This document shows, one piece after another, positions 44,953 to 50,878 of a stretch of 50,878 bases of DNA (the stretch's first letter is position 1; the number at the start of each line of letters is the position of its first letter). The notes beneath the pieces were generated by a model. That model saw nothing but the letters and a program-made list of their open reading frames with translations, was not told where the DNA came from and did no database searches. The stretch is from the NCBI GenBank assembly GCA_964550695.1, contig CAZKCK010000006.1, positions 1,411-52,288 on the forward strand. The letters run 5' to 3'. This stretch comes from an uncultured Bacteroidales bacterium. GTDB lineage: Bacteria; Bacteroidota; Bacteroidia; Bacteroidales; TTA-H9. Position numbers and translations under genes: made by a program.

Positions 44953-47229
44953 TCAATAGATAAATTCATTATTTCTGTACCCCGGTTTATCCTGATACCA
45001 ATCTGTAAAAACAGTACCTTCCGACTCAGCCCATGCAGCGAAATGCAGATGTGCCTGTGTTATTTCAGCTTGCTCAACCGGATGGGCAAATACTTCCGGT
45101 ATTGCTATAGCCCATGGGAGGTTGGAATCTGTTCTGTAATATTTTCCCTGTGCCGGTATAGAAGCATCAGCTTCTGTTCCGAAAAGCGACATATTCATCA
45201 GACTAGTTGGTACTTTATCAATCATATGTATCTCATGACCCCTCACCTGATCTCTGATAATAAATGGATTAAAAGGAGGTGTACCAACCACAGCGGATGA
45301 AAGAGCCGAACCAAAATGTATAGTTACAGTTACCAAATCAGAGGTACCAACATTGCCATTGTGAATGGTATTAAACATTGAACCTCCTGCCCTGTGAATT
45401 ACATTTTCTGCATTGTCCCATGGAATTACAACTGCTTTAGCCTGATTCTCTTCGGTGCCATTGGCTGCAATATTAATGTACCCTTCATCAATCACACAAC
45501 CGGTAACTGAAGCCACCTGTAAAGGTGTAATGCCATCAAACTGAATTCCGAAACCATTGTGGAAACTTGCACCAACAGCAGTAACCTGAAATTGTGCGAT
45601 TACGTCGACTACATTGTTCTGAGCATTGGAAACAAGCTTAAATTGATATTTGGTAACAAGATCATTAAAATCATAATCACCTTTCGACGGCCAAAGATCT
45701 TCAAACGCTACTGATCCCCAGGTATTTTCGTTGGGATAGAAAGTATTGTATGCCCTTGAAGGGTCTGTTGGGTATGCATCCAGATTGTCAGCCACGCCAT
45801 CTCCATCAACATCCGGTATTGCAGGGGTTCCGGCACCCTGAGTATTACATGCTGAAACAGGGATGTAGTTGGTGATGCCGGCAATGGTAACCAAAGTGGC
45901 TCCATTTATAAAATTTGAACTGTTCCCGTTCTGCAGTGTCCCTGTTGTATTGGCCATTTCGATGGCCCCGCTAACTGTTTTTCCACTGTTAATTGAAATC
46001 TGACCAGTAATCACTATTGAATTCTGACTTCCTGTTCCGTTTACGTTGCGGTTCATTTCGAGCTGATTGGCCGCAATCATCGACTTGTTACTGAGGGTTA
46101 TTGTACCACTCCCGTTGAAGTACATTTTATTATCAACTTTCAACAAACCTGCATTTGAGGTATAGGTTGTGCCATTGATTTGCCCCTCGCCATGACCAAT
46201 AATCTTACAGTTGTTTTCAACTACAGTATTGTTGTTAAACTGCACCCAGCCACTGGCTTCAACACTTCCATTGTTGGTAAAACTCTTGTTTACCTGAAAA
46301 TTTCCGGTAACATGAATTGCACCATGGTTGGTAAACGTATTATTTTGAGCTGTGGTTATCAGGTTATTGGTGAAGTACATTGTCCCATAATTTACAATCA
46401 TTCCGTTGGGAGAACCGCCACCTTTAATGGTAAAACTTGCGGCGTAAGAAGTTAAAGAAGAACTTGTTGAATTCATATTAAAGACACTGATGCTGACTGT
46501 GGTATTTGAATAGGCTTTAAATGTTGAGTTTCCATCCATATTTACGGTAGAAGTTGTATTAAAAGTTCCACCATTGGTTACTACAATATGTGAATTATTT
46601 CCAAGTGTAACATCTTCTGAGAGGTTGGCGGTTCCGCAAACTTTCAGGGTACCTCCTCCTGACCAGAAAGCAAAAGTAATTTTACCTGTATAAGTACCGT
46701 TCACAACATAAGTCTTGCCTCCGGTTATAGTTACTGCCGTATTTCCGGAAATAACAAAATCGCCGGTACAGTCCGGATCAGTAAGGGAGTTTTTGTATGA
46801 ACTTTTATATCCTCCGGCAGGCTCGGTAAATGTATAAGTTATATTACCTGAAACAGGTACTGACGCAATTTGTGTGGTTCCTTTTGCACCTGTTACCTGA
46901 ATAAATAATTGTGTGAGTCTGGAAGGTATTCTGATTTTTGTTTTGTATGGGAAATCATATCCCGCAGAACCTGAGGCAATCAGGTTGCCATTTTCCATTG
47001 GGCTGGCATCATAAATACTAATTTTTGCCAATTGACCAACGCTTTCGGTCATTTGAGTACTAACGCTGAGCATTACTTCATTGGTAGATTCCCAGTTAAA
47101 TCCTGCCGGAACTATCAAATCGCTCATTCTTTTGTTAACAATTGGTTCTGTAACTGAATCTTTTTTACAAGCCGCTAATAATAAAATACTTACGACCATA
47201 AAACTGAATAAAATACGATTAGTTTTCAT
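44953..47229 (-). CDS. LruC (DUF4842) domain-containing lipoprotein with Thr/Asn/Gly-rich repetitive N-terminal region
   Basis: Lipobox LLLAACKKD. TSP3-like DVDGDGVADNLDAYPTDP is followed by WGSVAFEDLWPSKGDYDFNDLV, the LruC/DUF4842 hallmark as I recall it. Confidence 0.7.
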   Translation of the reverse strand: MKTNRILFSFMVVSILLLAACKKDSVTEPIVNKRMSDLIVPAGFNWESTNEVMLSVSTQMTESVGQLAKISIYDASPMENGNLIASGSAGYDFPYKTKIRIPSRLTQLFIQVTGAKGTTQIASVPVSGNITYTFTEPAGGYKSSYKNSLTDPDCTGDFVISGNTAVTITGGKTYVVNGTYTGKITFAFWSGGGTLKVCGTANLSEDVTLGNNSHIVVTNGGTFNTTSTVNMDGNSTFKAYSNTTVSISVFNMNSTSSSLTSYAASFTIKGGGSPNGMIVNYGTMYFTNNLITTAQNNTFTNHGAIHVTGNFQVNKSFTNNGSVEASGWVQFNNNTVVENNCKIIGHGEGQINGTTYTSNAGLLKVDNKMYFNGSGTITLSNKSMIAANQLEMNRNVNGTGSQNSIVITGQISINSGKTVSGAIEMANTTGTLQNGNSSNFINGATLVTIAGITNYIPVSACNTQGAGTPAIPDVDGDGVADNLDAYPTDPSRAYNTFYPNENTWGSVAFEDLWPSKGDYDFNDLVTKYQFKLVSNAQNNVVDVIAQFQVTAVGASFHNGFGIQFDGITPLQVASVTGCVIDEGYINIAANGTEENQAKAVVIPWDNAENVIHRAGGSMFNTIHNGNVGTSDLVTVTIHFGSALSSAVVGTPPFNPFIIRDQVRGHEIHMIDKVPTSLMNMSLFGTEADASIPAQGKYYRTDSNLPWAIAIPEVFAHPVEQAEITQAHLHFAAWAESEGTVFTDWYQDKPGYRNNEFIY

Positions 47230-47497
47230 AATGCTAATGTTAAATATTTTTACAATTCCTTGATTACTACAACCATGCCAAAAGCTTAAAATTTATTAAA
47301 TGTACATTATAAGTAATTGATATTAAATGATATAAAACATTCAATCTATTACCAGAATAAATATTTACTACATGTAAATTTCAAATTTAATAAAAACAGT
47401 TCTGAATTGGAAGAGATTTTTGCTTTGAATAGTGTTTTTATTCATTAAGTGCTAAAATTACAACAAATCAAACATGATAGCAATAACTTATTTCGAA

Positions 47498-47514
47498 GGA
47501 TATTGTTAATATCC
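47498..47514. promoter_or_regulatory. Perfect 7-3-7 palindrome GGATATT-gtt-AATATCC 23 nt upstream of gnd
   Basis: Read directly from the sequence. It is a possible operator or 5'-UTR hairpin for gnd-zwf-pgl. Confidence 0.3.
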
Positions 47515-47537
47515 GTAATTGTATAAAAATCAAAAAA

Positions 47538-48434
47538 ATGAAAATTGGATTTATCGGATTAGGTAAGATGGGCTTCAACATGGCTCATAGGTTATTAAAT
47601 GATCAACATGAGGTTATTGCATGGAACCGGTCACCGGAAAGTATCATTGAAATTGAAAAACTTGGTGGAGTTGGGGCAAAATCATTAAATGATCTTGTGG
47701 CAAAACTTCCGGGCCGGAAAGTGGTCTGGATGATGGTCCCGGCCGGGAAACCTGTTGACGATACACTGGATGCACTGCTTGACTTACTCGATAAAAACGA
47801 CATTATTGTTGATGGAGGCAATTCTTATTGGAGGGATACCCAACTCCGTGCTGAAAAGGCTGCAAAAAAGGATGTTTTGTTTATTGATTGCGGAACCAGT
47901 GGTGGTGTTTGGGGATTACAAAACGGTTATTGCCTGATGTATGGTGGTGTGAAAGAAGCCGTTGACTATATCGAACCCATACTAAAATCCCTGGCTCCTG
48001 AAAAAGGACATGTTTATTGCGGGCCATCAGGCACCGGACATATGGTTAAAATGGTTCACAATGGAATTGAATATGGCATGATGCAGGCCTATGCTGAAGG
48101 TTTCGAAATTCTTGAAAAAGCTCCCTATAATCTTGATTTACCTAAAATTGCCGATGCATGGCAATATGGAAGCGTTGTTCGTTCATGGTTACTGGAACTT
48201 GCGGTGAATGCACTTAATCAGGATCCAAAACTTGAGCAATTGAAGGATTATGTACAGGACAGTGGTGAAGGAAGATGGACCGTTCAGACTGCCATCGACT
48301 TTGATGTTCCGGCGCATGTAATAACCGCATCGCTGTTTACAAGGTTTCAGTCAAGGCAGGATGAATCATTTGCCATGAAAATGCTCGCTGCTCTCCGAAA
48401 TCAGTTCGGTGGGCATGCAGTTAAAACCAAATAA
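47538..48434 (+). CDS. gnd: 6-phosphogluconate dehydrogenase, decarboxylating (short ~300-aa form)
   Basis: MKIGFIGLGKMGFNMA Rossmann motif, DGGNSYW, GTSGGVWG, GHMVKMVHNGIEYG. Confidence 0.9.
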   Translation: MKIGFIGLGKMGFNMAHRLLNDQHEVIAWNRSPESIIEIEKLGGVGAKSLNDLVAKLPGRKVVWMMVPAGKPVDDTLDALLDLLDKNDIIVDGGNSYWRDTQLRAEKAAKKDVLFIDCGTSGGVWGLQNGYCLMYGGVKEAVDYIEPILKSLAPEKGHVYCGPSGTGHMVKMVHNGIEYGMMQAYAEGFEILEKAPYNLDLPKIADAWQYGSVVRSWLLELAVNALNQDPKLEQLKDYVQDSGEGRWTVQTAIDFDVPAHVITASLFTRFQSRQDESFAMKMLAALRNQFGGHAVKTK

Positions 48435-48439
48435 CTGAC

Positions 48440-49966
48440 ATGAGAATGGAGAATAAAAACAGTCTTGTATTTGTAATTTTTGGTGCCTCCGGCGATCTGA
48501 CCAGACGAAAACTGGTACCGGCACTCTATTCACTGTTTGTTCAGAACCTGTTACCCGAAAAATTTGCCCTGTTGGGCGTTTCGCGCTCCCGATTAACCGA
48601 TGAAGAATTCAGAAGCGGGATGAAATTAGCTATCAATGAGTTCAAGGAAATTGATAACACTTCAAAAATAGAGGATTTCGTTAGCAAACTATACTACTCC
48701 CCTATTCAGTTCGATGACTTGTCAACTTATCATCAGTTCAGTCAGTATCTGGAATTGCTGAGAAGTAACACCGGCATTAGCGGAAATACCATCTTTTACT
48801 TATCCACACCACCGAGTTTATACGGGATTATACCACAACATCTGGCTTCAGTTGGTTTAAATCTTGAGGAGGATGGATGGAAAAGACTCATCATCGAAAA
48901 ACCTTTCGGGTATGACCTTGAATCAGCCACCAGACTTAAAGATATTTTGTTGAAAGATTGGGCCGAAGAACAATTATTCAGAATTGACCATTATCTTGGG
49001 AAAGAAACCGTTCAAAATCTTTTAGTTACAAGGTTTTCGAATGGAATTTTCGAACCGCTCTGGAACCGAAATTACATACACCATGTTGAAATAACCTCAG
49101 CCGAAACTATTGGTGTGGAGAAGCGTGGCGGATATTACGAGTCATCAGGTGCTTTACGTGATATGGTCCAGAACCACCTCCTTCAGGTTGCTGCCATTGC
49201 AGCAATGGAATCACCTTCTTCACTGGAACCGGTTGCCATTCGCAACGAAATTCTTAAAGTCTTTCAATCGCTGCGTCCGATGACCCATTCAGATGTTAAA
49301 ACCAATACAATACGTGGGCAGTATCTGGCTTCAACCATTAAAAACGAAAAATTCCCGGGTTATCGTGATGAATCCGGGGTTGCGCCCGACTCTGTAACAG
49401 AAACATATGCAGCGCTGAAGTTTTATATCGACAACTGGCGCTGGGGTGGCGTGCCATTTTATATTCGTACTGGTAAACGGTTACCTACACGTGTAACTGA
49501 GGTTGTTATTCATTTTAAAGCCACACCTCATTTCCTGTTTTCAAAGGATTTAGGTCGAAATTCATCCAATCAGCTGGTAATCAGAATACAACCTGATGAA
49601 GGAATATTATTGAAGTTTGGTATGAAGACTCCCGGAGCCGGATTTGATGTACAGAATGTGAATATGGATTTTCATTATTCCGATCTTTCGCATCAACGTA
49701 TCCCCACAGCTTACGAAAGACTTCTCTTTGATTCAATTAAAGGAGATGCAACACTTTTTGCACGTACTGAAGAAGTTCTGGAAGCCTGGAAATTTCTCAC
49801 ACCGGTGATTGAATGCTGGAAAAACGACCATGATATTCCGTTATATGGCTATCCTTCTGGTACCTGGGGGCCTGAAACTGCCGACAATCTTATAGAAGAT
49901 AAACTGATAACATGGCGTTATCCGTGTAAAAACCTGACAGATGATGGTTTATACTGCGAACTATGA
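48440..49966 (+). CDS. zwf: Glucose-6-phosphate dehydrogenase
   Basis: IFGASGDLTRRKL, the RIDHYLGKE active-site signature, and RDMVQNHLLQ. Confidence 0.95.
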   Translation: MRMENKNSLVFVIFGASGDLTRRKLVPALYSLFVQNLLPEKFALLGVSRSRLTDEEFRSGMKLAINEFKEIDNTSKIEDFVSKLYYSPIQFDDLSTYHQFSQYLELLRSNTGISGNTIFYLSTPPSLYGIIPQHLASVGLNLEEDGWKRLIIEKPFGYDLESATRLKDILLKDWAEEQLFRIDHYLGKETVQNLLVTRFSNGIFEPLWNRNYIHHVEITSAETIGVEKRGGYYESSGALRDMVQNHLLQVAAIAAMESPSSLEPVAIRNEILKVFQSLRPMTHSDVKTNTIRGQYLASTIKNEKFPGYRDESGVAPDSVTETYAALKFYIDNWRWGGVPFYIRTGKRLPTRVTEVVIHFKATPHFLFSKDLGRNSSNQLVIRIQPDEGILLKFGMKTPGAGFDVQNVNMDFHYSDLSHQRIPTAYERLLFDSIKGDATLFARTEEVLEAWKFLTPVIECWKNDHDIPLYGYPSGTWGPETADNLIEDKLITWRYPCKNLTDDGLYCEL

Positions 49967-50709
49967 ACATGAATCAGACAGTACATATTTTTAAAAGCAT
50001 TGATGAACTGTCGCAGTTTTTTGCAGAAAAACTTGCGGCAAATATCCTGAAAACTCCACAAGGCAAGTTTTTTTCACTGGTATTGTCGGGAGGTTCAACA
50101 CCTAAAAAGGTCTTTGAATATCTGGCAGCAAATTTCAGTGACAAAATTGACTGGCAAAAAGTGTTGATATTTTGGGGTGATGAGCGTTGTGTACCTCCTG
50201 AAAGTGATGAAAGTAACTACAGGATGGCCAAAGTAAGCCTGTTGGATCATATTCATGTTCCGGATCATCACATCTTCAGGATTAAAGGAGAGGAAGAACC
50301 CTATGCCGAATCCGGCAGGTATTCAGAACTTGTGCAACAGTATCTTCTGAAAAATAACGACTTCCGGTTTGATTTTATGATGCTTGGGCTTGGTGAAGAC
50401 GGCCATACTGTTTCGGTTTTTCCTAACAATATGTCGCTGTTGGATAGTAAAAGACTTTATGAAGTTTCAAACCACCCTGAAACGAATCAAATAAGAATAA
50501 CTGCAACAGGAGAAGTAATTAATCAGGCAAAAACTGTGGTGTTTCTGGCAACGGGCAGTTCTAAAAGTGAAATGGTGGCCAGTGTAATCATGAAAAAAGT
50601 CGGATCTGAAAAAATGCCTGCATCCATGGTACACCCAAAAAGCGGAGAATTGATCTGGTTACTTGATGAACATGCTGCCAGGGAACTTGAGGATGAGGTT
50701 GCAGAATAA
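49963..50709 (+). CDS. pgl: 6-phosphogluconolactonase
   Basis: LSGGSTP, FWGDERCVP, LGLGEDGHTVSVFP. ATGA overlap with zwf. Confidence 0.9.
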   Translation: MNMNQTVHIFKSIDELSQFFAEKLAANILKTPQGKFFSLVLSGGSTPKKVFEYLAANFSDKIDWQKVLIFWGDERCVPPESDESNYRMAKVSLLDHIHVPDHHIFRIKGEEEPYAESGRYSELVQQYLLKNNDFRFDFMMLGLGEDGHTVSVFPNNMSLLDSKRLYEVSNHPETNQIRITATGEVINQAKTVVFLATGSSKSEMVASVIMKKVGSEKMPASMVHPKSGELIWLLDEHAARELEDEVAE

Positions 50710-50878
50710 TTTTGCTTCCACCAATTTGGCCCCAAGGCCGACAGTCCCCGTTCTTTGGTGATGGAATCATTGCTGTACGATGTTTTAAACCTGATAACCA
50801 TCGATTTACAATTAACGCCTTATGAATCCAGTGAGCGGATCTTGTTGATGCAACATTTGGATCAGGCATTTTGTAAAA

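Noticed and set aside
50710-50878. Right-edge partial ORFs. One is on the + strand from the ATG at 50761 (MESLLYDVLNLITIDLQLTPYESSERILLMQHLDQAFCK...). The other is a minus-strand frame entering from the edge and stopping at 50812 (...FTKCLIQMLHQQDPLTGFIRR*). The track ORFs 50523..50801(-) and 50588..50869(-) also fall here.
   Set aside because: The two track ORFs overlap pgl antisense. The two edge frames are mutually exclusive, and neither is long enough to recognise a family, so no CDS was called.
1-50878. Search by eye for tRNA, rRNA, tmRNA, RNase P and SRP RNA signatures, for riboswitch-like leaders, and for transposase or integrase genes in all gaps longer than 90 bp.
   Set aside because: I recognised no conserved cores (for example GGTTCGAATCC-type T-loops, or the RNase P GAGGAAAGTCC). 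No recombinase-like ORFs are present. Absence by eye is weak evidence, so tRNAscan-SE and Infernal/Rfam should be run.

Overview
AT-rich bacterial chromosome segment with hallmarks of Bacteroidota: a T9SS C-terminal sorting domain, an LruC/DUF4842-type lipoprotein, DUF5606, a PagL-like outer-membrane hydrolase, LytS/LytTR and hybrid two-component systems, and TAnnTTTG-type promoter boxes. Class 1B PyrK/PyrD suggests an anaerobe. I support about 45 protein-coding genes and found no rRNA, tRNA, CRISPR array, transposase or integrase by eye. Left to right the window holds: the 5' part of an AAA_14-type ATPase; a 700-bp ORF-poor spacer full of palindromic repeats; two small orphan genes; a LytTR regulator with a LytS-type kinase carrying an FG-GAP periplasmic domain; and an AbiEii-like nucleotidyltransferase with a small partner. 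Next come a mannose/mannoside locus (ROK kinase, MFS transporter, long PMI-like cupin, GH38-like hydrolase) preceded by a compound tandem-repeat tract, then a FIST protein coupled to a PAS hybrid kinase, an OYE reductase, MazG and a second hybrid kinase. Housekeeping and envelope genes follow: PagL-like and GIN-domain proteins, murB, a DUF2752/TM2 pair, a porin, pyrK-pyrD, DUF5606, an orphan receiver and a PflX-type radical SAM protein. After these are two divergent orphan genes around a structured spacer and a SRPBCC/GyrI-like protein. The most unusual locus is 32871-37305. It is a translationally coupled operon of a DUF4956 membrane protein, two divergent exported CotH-like paralogs (the second apparently catalytically degenerate), and an exported ankyrin-repeat Shelph/PPP-type phosphatase between them. 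The VTC partner that normally accompanies DUF4956/CotH is absent. The window ends with kup, a T9SS thioredoxin-PKD protein, a membrane metallophosphoesterase, a DUF362 pair, DUF3298, LruC and gnd-zwf-pgl. All family names come from motif recognition and memory of family signatures, not from searches.
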